A DNA stretch of 64,000 nt from Eimeria praecox (lineage: Eukaryota): contig OY986949.1 in the NCBI GenBank assembly GCA_963920595.1, positions 3,286,001 through 3,350,000 of the forward strand, given 5' to 3'. Positions 1 to 11,935 of the stretch are shown in pieces. A program made the position numbers and the translations under genes. The notes under the pieces were generated by a model that was given only the letters and a program-made list of their open reading frames with translations, was not told where the DNA came from and searched no databases. The first letter of the stretch is position 1, and each line of letters opens with the position of its first letter.

Positions 1-82
1 CAGTCGTTCTGTTCGCTGTGAGGGTCCAAAGCTGAAGACAGTCGTTACAAGACATCGTAAACCCCAAATCCTGAAGTCTTAA

Positions 83-130
83 TCCTAAATACCTAAACCC
101 TAAACCCTAAACCCTAAACCCTAAACCCTA
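83..130 (+). repeat. Short interstitial telomere-like repeat (TAAACCC)5 with degenerate upstream copies
   Basis: Five perfect TAAACCC units at 94-128, preceded by degenerate TCCTAAATACC. The reverse complement is TTTAGGG, the telomeric heptamer of coccidians and plants. Unique sequence flanks both sides. Confidence 0.9.
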
Positions 131-2714
131 GAAGCGTACGTTCTGTGGGCGACTCCACGCCTTGCACTTGTATCACATGAAGAACCTTTGCTGGATCTGA
201 GTAGGCGCCTCTCTTGCCCTCCTTGAAAGTATACTTTCGCTTGCCATATCCCCTGAAGAAGAACAGCAATTCTTTGTATTGGTCCTTTGCAACTAGTATA
301 CCAACCTCACAACATTGAGAGAGGTAAAGGAAAGGGATTAAACACTCTTATATTTCATATTCTCGGGTTAGAGGCTACAGAACAGTGTTATCCTCCTCAC
401 TCAAACACCTGGTCTTCTTCGCCCTTCTGCTGCCTGGCAGCAAGGGCCGACCGAAGCTCCGCCATTAATACCCTTCCTCAAATCTTGATCCGGTATATTC
501 CAAAGTACTCAACTAAGTATTGAGTTTGCCTTCAGAAAGACGCGGCAAGCAAGCCGTGTTCAACTAAGTTCATCGACACTGTGGCCTCAGTCTAGGAACA
601 AAATGGCAGAGTCATGAGGCCTAAAAGGCCCGTTTCTCACGAAATATAATCGAATTCTAAATATAAATTAGAAATATTTGCAAAAATTGATAGTGTTGTA
701 TGAAGAAGGAGCAGCGTTCGACAGCAATGCAGCTTTGAGCATCATCATCATTGAAGCGGCAGCCGATTCATTGAGCCGCAGCTCTCCTTTTCATTACTAT
801 TCATTATTTTCAGATTTTCATACATTAGAAAAATATAATTTAACGATCGGATATCCAACATGATCGTCAACGCAGAGGGCTCCCCCAGCTGACCGCCTTC
901 ACACCTCTTTGGAGTGGCGGTCCGTATACTGGTGTTGCGGCTTCTTTCAACTCTTATTTAGATTTCAGAAGTACACAAGAAGAAATGGCCTCAGAGGACG
1001 ATGTAGCAAGCAGCCACAATTCAAGGCAGTTAGACTCTTCCTGAATCCCCCCGACACGTTTCATCTAGACAAATCCCTATGTAGGCTCGCTGTGATAGTT
1101 GCTTCGTTTTCGAGTGCCTTAAGACAGAACCACGTAGGGCCGCTAAGCCATTGAACTAGAGCAAACTAGAGCTGGATGTTTCTGTATATATCCCTGCTCA
1201 AAGCCTGCACTTCACGGCATTTGCAGCGAATCCAACTGCCAATCCTTCCCCGTCCATTGGTAATCTCGATTGCAGGGAAACCCTGGGTTATCAGATGAGG
1301 GAAAGAAGGCTTCAATGCAAAAGAAATCTCTCTACAGCGCCAAAGATTCGCTGAGGTGTTCTGCTTTTACTGGATGTGCTGCCCAAGCTCGAGGCGCACC
1401 CTGCTCTGTCTAGAGCGCTAGGTACACAGCTTAATGATGAAATGTTGCATCATAGATGCTTCATCTGATATGCTTCAATCTTTAAGTTTCTTCTTCAGAA
1501 TCATCTAGCGTGACCCCACCAGAACTGATAGGCCACAACTTTGCTCCCAGTACAAGCACCTGCAAATACTGCATACTCTGCTACCTGACTAGTTTGGTGT
1601 GGACTCTCGAACATGAAATTTTTGAATAATCCGCCAGAGGTAGAGATGAGCAGCATCGGAACCTTAGATGTCTAAAACTCATTTTGTTTCTGCACTGTGG
1701 ATGCTGCTTCTGTGCACTGGGTAGCCTGCTTCAGATTTGCTAGGCATGTGCAAACTATTGCCACTAAAGCGCTGTCCCATCTAGGAATGCCCACCCATAG
1801 TTGAGACTACAGAGGACGCAGTGTTTACGCTGTGTTTCTAACAGCTGTGTTTAATTGTGATCGACAAAAAACGTTAAAAAGAACATCGAGGCCACATCGG
1901 TGACCCACTCTTGTGCAATCAAGAATCTACCATCTAGCGGGCTACTGATACGGTGTGCTTGGGCTTATTCTTTACTGGCTGGCTGCTATCCACAAAATGC
2001 CCACGTCAACGCTTTATATACAGCCAAGAACCAGCGGTATGCGCAGCAAAGAAAAGCTTCAGCAGCGTAAAACCAGTAAGCTCACTTACTCATCGAACAA
2101 TGTGGAACCTCTACCACAAAAATGAAGTAGAGGTAAGAAGCCAGCAACAAGGCCAACAGAGAAACAACGCAGAAGAAGGTAGTGCAATTCCTCACCTAAG
2201 GAGATGAGGAATTGCCCAATGGAATGCGTGACCCCTCAGATCCCCTCGCCCACTTCTTTATACCGACTGAGCATTCCACTATTACTCTATGAATTTAATG
2301 AACTTTCTAGTAGCAGAATTGCTTCAAGATTGAACTCATCAGCAGTTCCCTTCATGAAAATCTCTGGTTGCATAACCCTGCAGCATCGTCGAATCGTCGT
2401 TCCAGTGGAGAAGCAGTACTCGATGCGCCCGACACGCTATTGGACATGTTTATGTCCACATGTATATGAGGTGCTCCCCCCAAATCCCACCATTTGCTAA
2501 ACAACCGGTTCAACCCCCTTCATGCTATGATCTGTACAAGCTGCGGTGATGTGGATAAGGCACGTGAAACCTGCCTGCGAGACCTCTCTGCAGCTGACGA
2601 AAACGCCACATTTCCTTTCACGAATGCACACCCCTAAGAACAGTAATGATCTCCAAAACATACACCCCGCCAGCACGTAGACGCGCACTACACTGATTGT
2701 CAAGTACGCAGTGA

Positions 2715-2730
2715 ACACACACACACACAC
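2715..2730. repeat. (AC)8 microsatellite
   Basis: ACACACACACACACAC read directly. Confidence 0.85.
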
Positions 2731-3864
2731 TAAGGCACACTGCATAGTTCTGCAGTTGCCAACCACGCCAACAAGCCTTGAGCAAACTGGCCCAGCCTGA
2801 CAATGTGCGTTGCAAGGTACCCCCGAACTCCGAAGGGGATTCAGGGAATTGCACGAGCAAACGCTAAACTGTCAAGTGTACTTCCTGCAAGCACATCGGC
2901 AGTGGGCATTATAACTTCTGCATGCTTTTGCACGTCTGTCGGTCGGCAGTGGTGTGCGCCACCGTCCCCGAGCAGTTCCTCACACCATCACGCAAAAGGC
3001 CACAGACATATCTTCTGTAGAAGTAATTTGTCTGCGAATGATTCGACTGCAAATGGGCCATGCGTTTAATGTGTGTAATGTGGGCGACGCACTTTCTGTG
3101 AATTTCATGGTTCTCCAAAGTAGACACCAAGCTTCAGAATCCTGCCCACCCGACGCCCACGAGAAGCCTCGCAGGAGTGGGCGCAGACTGATCAACGGAG
3201 CTCCCTGCATTGGCGCTGCATCCGAAGGGGTTAAGCATCACCGCAAGGAACACGAAAGGCGCCTGCATGCCTTTAGAAGAAATAGGAAGTAACAGCACTT
3301 CCGCCTCAGTGGTATTATTCAGTGTGCACGCCATCATGGTATGATCTGTTAACACCGTGTGAGTCTCGGCAGCAGCCTACCACCCCTAGAATGCACAAGC
3401 CGCCTTTCCCATCCACCGCCAAAGCCCCGTCGACCCGCGAGGAGCCCCTAGCTGCCTAGCTCTTTGGAAGCCTTGCTAGCCTGGGTCGCTTGTGTCACCT
3501 CAAGCCTACGAGCCTTGCCCAGACTGCCCGAGCCTGACAATGCGCGTTGCAAGGTATTAGCGATCTCCGAATGGGATTCAAGGAATTGCACGAGCAAGTG
3601 CAGAACTGTGAAGCGTACTTCCTGCAAGCACATCGATAGTGGGCACTACAACACACTCACACTTTTGCACGTCTCTCGGTTGGCTGGGGGTGCGCCAGAA
3701 TGCGGTCGAACTTCCGCAAACTCAATCCAGTAAGAGGGCAAGCGCCTGCGTCCTGCAACAATACGTTTTTTATGCACGGTTCTTCCGTCAACCGGGTATG
3801 CATATTGTGCGCGCAAATGATTCTGCCGTACCTTCATATTTCTCTAAAGTAGCCACAACAAGCT

Positions 3865-4230
3865 TCAGGAGCCTGTTGGCGTCAAACCTACAAGACGCCT
3901 GGTGCCAGTGATATGTGACCGAACAAGGGCGCTTCCTCCTTCTATATCGCATCCCGCCAGGCTTCTACCGGAGGAACCGCACACACGCCTGTATGTCTTT
4001 AGGAGGACAGAAACTGAAACAGCAGTTCCGCGCCAGTGGTATGACCTAGTGTGTGTGGCACCATGGCATGCACCGCTATCGTCGTGTGAGTCTCTCCAGC
4101 AGCTCCCCGCCCCCAAAATTGACAACCCACCCCTCCCGTCCACTGTCGACGTGCCTCTGACTGTCGCAGACCATCCACCTGCCTTGCACTTTGCAGGCTT
4201 TGCCAGCCTGGGTCGCTTGCGGCACCTCAA
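3865..4230 (-). pseudogene. Degenerate coding-like segment within the 1.26-kb repeat, unknown product
   Basis: A homologous reading frame is kept between copies: RGTSTVDGRGGLSILG...SYHWRGTAV...LLKTYRRVCGSSGRS versus RGTLEVDRRRGLCILG...SYHWSGTAV...LLKARRRVLGSSGRS (5137-5421). The copy near 3300-3440 is interrupted by a stop. Confidence 0.25.
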
Positions 4231-5582
4231 AACAAACGGTGCATCCAGCTATTCCCTAGGACAATTGAACACGTTCTTTAACCGCTGTAAGAAATATCTG
4301 AGCAGGTTGTGTGTGGCACATCTTCCAACACACCAGTCGGCGAACATGACCCGCACGCACGCACCAGAATTATCACTCCAGCCGCTCATTTGTTGGGGCC
4401 CTCCGGTGGTCCATTCCGTACACATCACCTCGAGCACATTCGCAGCATCGATTCCATACTCGTTCAGGCACAGCACACTGGCTGGCCGAACAAACCAGTG
4501 TGCAGTGCTTTACCACTTGGGTTGGCGACGCCATGCGGAATATGCCTGCAGCTGACGAAAGCGTCACATGTTCATTCATGAATGCACACCCCTAAGAACC
4601 GCAACGCTCTCCAAAACATACACCCCGCCAGAACGCAGGCGTGCACTAACCTACACTATCCCACCGGTCATCAAAGTAAGCAATGGATGCTGGATTTGTT
4701 GTTGGGCCTGAGCCATACTTCTCTGCGCCATAAGGCGGACTTTACAGTTCTGCAGCTGCCAACCACGCCAACGAGCCTTTCCCAGACCGCCCGAGCCTGA
4801 CAATGTGCGCTGCAAGGTACCCGCTATCTCCGAAGGGGGTTCAGGGAGTTGCACGAGCAAACGCTGAACTGTCAAGTGTACTTCCTGCAAGCACATGGGT
4901 AATGGGAACTATAGCTTCTGCATGCTTTTGCAATCTGTCGGTCGGCTGGGGGCGTACTCGACGGTCAGGCAGCTTCAGCATACACCACCTGGGAACAGGC
5001 GCAGGGCTTACTTCCTAAAAAAAATATTTTCGTGCACGTAACGTGACGCGGGTATGCTGATGCGCTCACGATTCTCCCATTCGTTCATGGTTCTCCAAAG
5101 TAGCCACAGACACCACGCTTCAGGAGCCTGGTAGCCTCATGTCCACAAGAATCCTGGTACCAGTGAGAGGCAACTGAGCAAAGGAGCTGCCTGCTTAGGT
5201 GTTCTATCCAGATGGGCTACGCTCCGTCCTGACGAACCCAAAACACGCCTGCGTGCCTTCAGAAGAAAAGTAACAGCAGTTCCGCTCCAGTGGTATGATG
5301 CAATGTATTTGGCATCAAGGTATGGGCTGTTATCGTCGTGTGCGTCTTGGCAGCAGGCTACCACCCCCAAAATACACAATCCACGTCTTCTATCCACTTC
5401 CAACGTGCCTCTGGTTCCCACAGAGCCTTCAGCTACCTAGCAATTTAATGGCGTTGAATTCCTGAGTCGCCTGCAGCTCCTCCAGATGAAAGGTGCATCT
5501 AATGATTCCCCTGAATAGCCATCTACACTCCTTAGCAGACTAATTACACCGGTAGGCGGTGCGAATACATAAAATCAGCTTG

Positions 5583-5778
5583 CTACTTTGTATTCCCACA
5601 CTGGATATTCTTGTATGTGAAAAGAGCAAGGCCTTGCTGCAAAGGAAAATGCTCTGTGCCACAGTTCAATTGCAATATAATGCTGCTGTAGGGAATGACA
5701 TGCCTTTCGTCTCGGCATCCTACACTGCTGGCAGTGCACAGCATCATGCTGACACCCTCCAGCTCGATGTTGTCTCTG
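5583..5778 (-). CDS. Candidate terminal exon of an unidentified multi-exon gene or pseudogene
   Basis: TTGTGCAG acceptor at 5779-5786, then open frame RDNIELEGVSMMLCTASSVGCRDERHVIPYSSIILQLNCGTEHFPLQQGLALFTYKNIQCGNTK-stop. No family recognised. Confidence 0.2.
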
Positions 5779-6581
5779 CTGCACAACTGCGCCTGCAGCG
5801 CAGCGGTGAGAAGACCCTTCGTTCCGCTGGTTTTCACATCTGCACAAATGATACAGCGTAAGTCAAGGAAATTTGGGAAGAGCAGTTGGGGAGCGGTCCC
5901 CACCACATCAGTACAGCATGCACAATCAAGATTCCACCGAGAGCATGTGTACTGCCTTGTCATCAAAGACATTTCTGGAAGCTCGGGCATGTATAGCATA
6001 AACCATGTGAAACGCATGTCTGGTATAGCACACATCAATACAAATAACCCCGAAGTTCTACTGTCTGACGCGCGCAGTGCGTTATGCGACGAGCGCACTC
6101 CCTGTAGCGTGAAAATCCCAAGTGTCAATCACGCATCGGCTGTGAGCAAACTCGCACTCTTCTGAAGCATCAGCATGCTCTTTAGAGTACGTAAAGAGTA
6201 CATAAAGCATACAATTGAAGTAGACATGCTCCTGGTTGTCTAATTACTTGTAGATGGTATTTCTGAGGTCTTTATCAGCACGAGCATTAAAGACGATGAC
6301 AACCAGGTATGCATATGCTTTTAAGTAAGACAATGAAAATGAGGGCATCCTTTGCTCTTGTCACCTGGCGCCAAACAAAAGCTTCACTAAGGTGTCACTG
6401 ACCATATGTGTACGAATCTAGCATTTCACATTCCTTCTACGAGAGAAGTTGGAAGGGGTGTGCAACCGCATACGGACGTTGTACATATGCAGGTTGTACG
6501 AAAGCCGCCTAAACGCAAATATATATATCTAACAAATGGTGATGCAACTCCACAAAAAAACTAACTGCAACCGCAGGTTGA

Positions 6582-6618
6582 ACTCCCTTGCCAAGAACAC
6601 TCCCTTGCCAGGAACACT
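6582..6618. repeat. 17-bp tandem duplication
   Basis: ACTCCCTTGCCAAGAAC followed by ACTCCCTTGCCAGGAAC. Confidence 0.8.
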
Positions 6619-7585
6619 GCAATTCAAGGAGCGTCAACAGCATGCCAGATGCCGAATGGCAAATAATATCACACCTGCCATCAGGGCATATGCTTTAACA
6701 CGGTAACCATTTCACTAATTGGATACTGCAGGCATCGCGGAAGGTCAAGCTCCACTTCAACGATTATCGCCGGTAAGTGGGTAGAAGATCCTGCGATTTA
6801 ATCTTTTAACAAAGACGCCAGTGCCAGCGGTTTCTGCTGAATGGTTGGACAAGGAGATTGGGGTGAAATGGAGATCAAAACTGAACAGTTCTTCTGTATC
6901 AAGGGGAAAAGCATACTAGTGAGCAGGGCCATCAATTCTCCCATTCTATACCTAGGAAGGGCCAACTAGGCACTTATACTGCAGCAACCCTCGATTCCAC
7001 AAGCATCTAAAAGACCACGAACCGGTAGCATATATGCTCACCAGAAAAGCACTAAGGCCGAATGCGCTACTAAGATTATTCTCCCACGCATGGCGCTGGC
7101 ACTCAAAGGCTCAACACTGGCACAACGCATCGGCTGATTGGAAGCACCTGTAATGTAAATGTGTTGTCCACCGCCACGGGGAATGCTTTCAATTCTAGTC
7201 AACCAGCTATAACCGAAACTGCGGAGACGCCACACCCTTCGCAGCAGGGCTTCACTCCTTTGGCTAACCGGTATGCAATCAACACCTAGCAGTCCGCACT
7301 TCGAACGCCCAATTAAAGCCTAAACGCTACCCACCAGCCAGCCCTTTTCGTCACCTGCTAGGCGTAAGAAGCGACATACCAGCTGCATTACGAACGAACT
7401 TTCTAGCCCTTGTTGCGTGGACGTGTTAACTAAGCGAAGCCCAATCGAGCATGCATTCGTGCTTGGCAGGCAAAGCGATCATTCCACGGGTTACATTCGT
7501 GCAATACACCCCTGAAATGATGGCTTTTCTTGTTCTTTAGGTTCTTGAACTACGCCAAACAAGCGCAACTGCATCACTACCTGCA

Positions 7586-7800
7586 TTAACTGGAGGAGAG
7601 TACCAGCTCTGTCTTCGTCTCAACGTACAGACTTTCGGAAATATAATATGGTGTCATACTACACGTGAGAATATAACGATTCTCGCAGTCTCCCACGATT
7701 CTTCCAGTCTGCCAAGCTGCGTGGACGCGGCAGCGATGGCGTTTCGTCCAGGGTAATACGAAATACTGATCCCTCTCATCCTCACTGCTTGCAAGCTGAG
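7586..7800 (-). CDS. Candidate exon, unknown product
   Basis: TTGCGTATAG acceptor, then open frame QLASSEDERDQYFVLPWTKRHRCRVHAAWQTGRIVGDCENRYILTCSMTPYYISESLYVETKTELV, with protein-like composition. Confidence 0.25.
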
Positions 7801-8500
7801 CTATACGCAATACCTACCAACTGGTAACTCCTTCGTCGTTAAACCCAAATGGCCTATGGATTGTTCGGCGTTCTTTAACCCGGTCAACGGGCATTTGCCT
7901 GGCAACTGCCTTCAGTGTTTCGTAACCCTAGTAAAAGACGATGCATGCAGTAGCATGCAGGATGCCTACCGTGTGGCTTGCAGAGGCAACATTCACTCAA
8001 AATAAGCCTCAGTTTGAAGCCAGATACCCCGCGATGATACCACGAATGCAAACTAGCACCTATAGATCCCCTTTTTGACCGCGTGCAAATGCACAGAACT
8101 CAGAGGACCATGTATTCCCAGAGGAACACATATACCAAACTAGAAGAGCTGTGTAGAGACTTTTCTATACTGGCGCAGCACGTTTCTAAGATTTCAACAA
8201 ACTCACCCTATGCCGGTATCTCCAATCAGCGCTAAAGAATGCCACCATATGCCACATACCAATCCGTAACATTACAAAACATAAGCTCGAATGCCCCGGC
8301 ATTCACATTTCCGCCGTTGAATTCTGTTGTAGCGTCACACGCTTTGAACGCACGAGCTGGTGTCACAGGCATGCTCACCTGGTACGCTGATTTACGTGTT
8401 CAGAAACCATTTACCTATACACAGTGGCCAGTTGGTACCAAGACCGGTGGGCGAGCTGCCGCTACAGCACTTGTTAGTGTCAATAGACACGCGCACACAC

Positions 8501-8663
8501 CAGAGATAAATAGTACTGCATGAAATAATCTTATCCGTAGCCACCCCAGCATCATACACACCGCAGACGTGGAGGAAGCCGCCCCCAACCTTCGGTTGCA
8601 ATGCAACTGAAGAGCGCGACGATAGCGTCTCCTCAAAACACGGTCCAACTTGTGAATGTGAAT
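8501..8663 (-). CDS. Candidate exon, unknown product (inside the 191-aa ORF 8392-8967)
   Basis: Possible TTTTCCTGTAG acceptor and CTG|GTGTGT donor. Frame DSHSQVGPCFEETLSSRSSVALQPKVGGGFLHVCGVYDAG. The QxxVGGGxL motif is also in the 43.6/47.0-kb frames. The 5' boundary is uncertain because the upstream codons read VAFP, a motif seen in other candidate exons. Confidence 0.25.
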
Positions 8664-8866
8664 CTACAGGAAAAGCCACCATCCTTCCCTTTCTTGATAA
8701 TATAAACACACCGCCACTTTGGGTAGCCACACAGCCCACCGTCGTCCTACAAGCACATTCGTCAATTTTTATCAAACCTGCTTGCTCCACGCCGGCATTG
8801 CACATACATGCTGCTGTCCGGAGGCGCTCAATCATTTTGGTGCCGCCCCTGGGCAGCCCAACGATG

Positions 8867-11800
8867 CTAATGGACGGCACAAGGTATGCATTCCAGTGGC
8901 CTTGTTGTACGTGCTGACAATTGCGCCCCACCTCACAACGCGCATCCACCCTCCTACAGCCGAACAACAGAGATACACCGTTCGTCGTTAAGCCTGAATT
9001 GAGTCGGGCCCGGCTTTACCATGCTACCCTACTACACCACATTCAAGCTGCTCCTTGGCCAGGCAGCCAGTAAACGGCACAGGGCTTGTTGGGCTACACG
9101 AAGAGGCACAGAAGCGAAAGCTTCGTTGATCTTGGCAGCACTGCCACACAGCCGTCCCTGTACAAATCGCTGAACGCACATTCAGTGGCTCACCAGCACC
9201 TGTGCACACCCTTAAATCCTCAACGCCCCACACGCAACAGTACTCTTGCCTTCACGTCGAGGTCCCGTAAAGGAGGCCACAAACTACCCTGCAAGAACCT
9301 GCCCTCGGCCCCCTTGCAGAGAGCTTTGCGACCCCATCCGACGCACGAACTAGCAGTTCAAACACTCACCACCACAGCTTGTGTCGACACCAGCTGCCCA
9401 TTCCCCAGCCTATGTGCCTTCAACATAGCGCAAACTGCATTACTGTAGTTCTCGCGCAAATGCTGCTCCAATAAACATGAGATGGGCCACGGCCACTCTT
9501 AGTACGGTATGGGAAACAACAAGGTACTGCCTATCGTCAGCTACTCATTCATGCACAAACCCAACTGTGTTTCTTCCTTGGCGGTGAGGCTAGGAGAACA
9601 CACCTCAATGCTCTGTTATTGGGACCTCGCGCCTCGTGGTCTCCCTAAAACGCTGCACATCGGAACGTTCGTGTTATGGCAAGCCCTTGCAATATATTCA
9701 GTCATTTTTGCCACTTACGTGCAAGTAAGTGCGTGCGCACCTTTGCGGCTACCCAAAAGTTCCCATTCAATTTCAGCTAGTGCGCCAGACGCACAATCTT
9801 GCAGCCATCCCATCAAATGCTTTCAGCCAAAGCCTGCAGGACCGCAAATGGAACTGAGCTGCCATGGCAAATCCTTGCACAATGTGGCGGACGCAAGGTC
9901 TTTCCCCACTGGATAATTCGAGAGGCTCAGCACAGTGCGTCTCACATTGCAGAAAGCCTTCTCACGCCCACTTGAAAACTACTACAGACGCGCAGGTCCT
10001 GCAGTTGATAAGCGTCCTTTCCATCTTCGACAGTACAGCACAAAGCGTTATGCTAGTCCCTAAACTGCGCTGGTGGGCAACGCCAAGCACCTCAAGGCAA
10101 AAGGGTTGGCAACGACAAAACGCGCCTATTCTATGAAGCACCTGGCTGCCGCTCAAATTCCCCCACATCGCATGGTGCGTTCAATACAAAGAAATCGGCG
10201 GTAGCTGAAACTGGTGCTCCCTACACACCCAAGCTCTACTTTGTATGAAGCCCATCTGCACCGCAAAAAATATACACGCGCCATGCTGCACCTCTCAGCT
10301 GACTCGATTCTGCTCAGTGTTCGTGCTGCAGCAAGTCCCGTACTTTCTTCAGGTCGAACATGCCAGAATAGCCCTTGCCGCTTGACGTGCCGACCAATTA
10401 GGGCCGAACTGGGACTGCACGCCCACGTGCTAGCAGTCGCTCAATGAAAGCCCTTACCCGCCTTCTACGGTACGATGCAGGTACCCAACATACGCGAAAG
10501 CCCACCAGTGACACTTGGGGGAAACTATGACCGCTGCCTTCGTCTCAACGCACAGACTGTCAAAGCCATTATTGCCAGAAGGTCGACGCTGGCTAGAGAA
10601 ACAGGAGTACTCACTACTCAGTACTCACTTCCGCTGTGGGCGTTTTTGCGCGGTTCCGTTCACCACAGAGCTCCGCGCAGCATCTACGCCCAATAACAAA
10701 ACCTGATAGTCATTTTCGGTCCACCACTCCCTAATATGGTCTGTATGGAAACGGGCTAAGAACCACATGAGGCACGGCAATGCTCTATACAAAGCAATAA
10801 GCACAGATGCTACAAGCCTACGACCAGTCCAACTGCTTGTGGGTTGTGCGCTAGCATGCCGGCCCTTGCTCATGCGCCCAAAGCACCCAAGCTGCGCAGA
10901 ACGAGCCTGCCATGCTACGGGGCCGTTAACAGATCGGCACTATCATATGATTGCAAAACAGATCCTCTACAACTGCAATACATGAATTCGCGTGTGCTGC
11001 GCCTGGACTCTCCTTCGCCCGACACACTTCCTGCAGATAGGCCGACTTGACGGGACACGGAGGCTGCTCAAAAGCTCTTACAACTCACTATCACCAAGCG
11101 GGGACGGCAGCCGCATTACACGAGACGTATTTACCAGCAAAGGCACAATGTCACCAATGCAGGCAACCATTAGGACTGGGCTACCCATGCAACACAGATA
11201 ACTGTCTTCTGCACCCATTTTAAATGGTCTCAGGAGCAATGCCGTGTTTATGGCTACACTCAGCTGCATGAACCGCTCTGCTGCGGAACTAGGTAAGGCC
11301 TATCTGGGCCACCTTAGCATATTCGCCAACGAACACGGTAGACAGCAGAGACGCATCCGACTCACGAGCTGCCCTCTCAAGCAAGTGTATAAACGGCCGG
11401 CTTTTGGAACAAAAGATCAAGATGTCAGGCATCTAGGAACACTAATGCCATGCTTGTGGGCGCATATGCGTCGCAGCTCTGACGCTCTATAGCGCGTTTC
11501 AGTACTGCCGAGCATACGAGCGCAAGCACGAGTTGGGCCCCATCTGTGTAGTTTACATCACCGTATGCCATGCCTTTACGCCTTAACCTGAAACAGATGT
11601 TGAGCCATCAACCACAGCCAGCGCGAGGCAGAGCTGTACACAAGCACGCACTCTTGACAATGAAAGCCAATGCCAACGTGATGGGATTTACCTAACACCT
11701 GCATTGCCTGGATGCCCAATAGCTATAGATATACATATGCTTGCGCTAGCGAGTCGTAGCTTCTCCATTTGAAAGTCCCTTAAAGGGATTATGTCACAGA

Positions 11801-11935
11801 AACAACAGCCATTTCTAGCCATTTCCACCCACACTTCCCAAGATTAGCCTCTACATGCGTCGACGGCTAGGCATACTTGCTGTATGTTGCACGCATATTC
11901 TTAACTATTTCGCTGTTGCGCGCACATCGCAAGTA
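8867..11935. repeat. Tandem segmental repeat A, copy 1 (3069 bp)
   Basis: Begins CTAATGGACGGCACAAGG at 8867, which recurs at 11936 and 15413. ORF track entries recur at +3069 and +6546. Confidence 0.97.

Larger units (their letters stand above)
2590..5520. repeat. Degenerate direct repeat, 3 copies (full unit ~1.26 kb; first copy internally shortened)
   Basis: GCCTGACAATG at 2795, 3532 and 4795. TACTTCCTGCAAGCACAT at ~2879, 3616 and 4879. TTCTCYAAAGTAG at ~3111, 3840 and 5091. Block CAGCTGACGAAA...GAATGCACACCCCTAAGAAC at ~2591 and ~4548. Confidence 0.85.

Noticed and set aside
83..130. True chromosome telomere
   Set aside because: Only five perfect units, with non-telomeric sequence on both sides.
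480..540. Minus-strand peptide RQTQYLVEYFGIY resembling a chromodomain of a chromoviral LTR element
   Set aside because: It lacks the conserved KW/W residues, a stop follows shortly, and no integrase or reverse transcriptase motifs are nearby.
4580..4645. Direct homology of this block to satellite edge sequence at ~51889-51965 (GAATGCACA...CTAA...TCCAAAA.AT.CA...CCGC)
   Set aside because: It is not collinear with the shared ACTTCCTGC marker, and both segments are A/C-rich, so chance similarity is likely.
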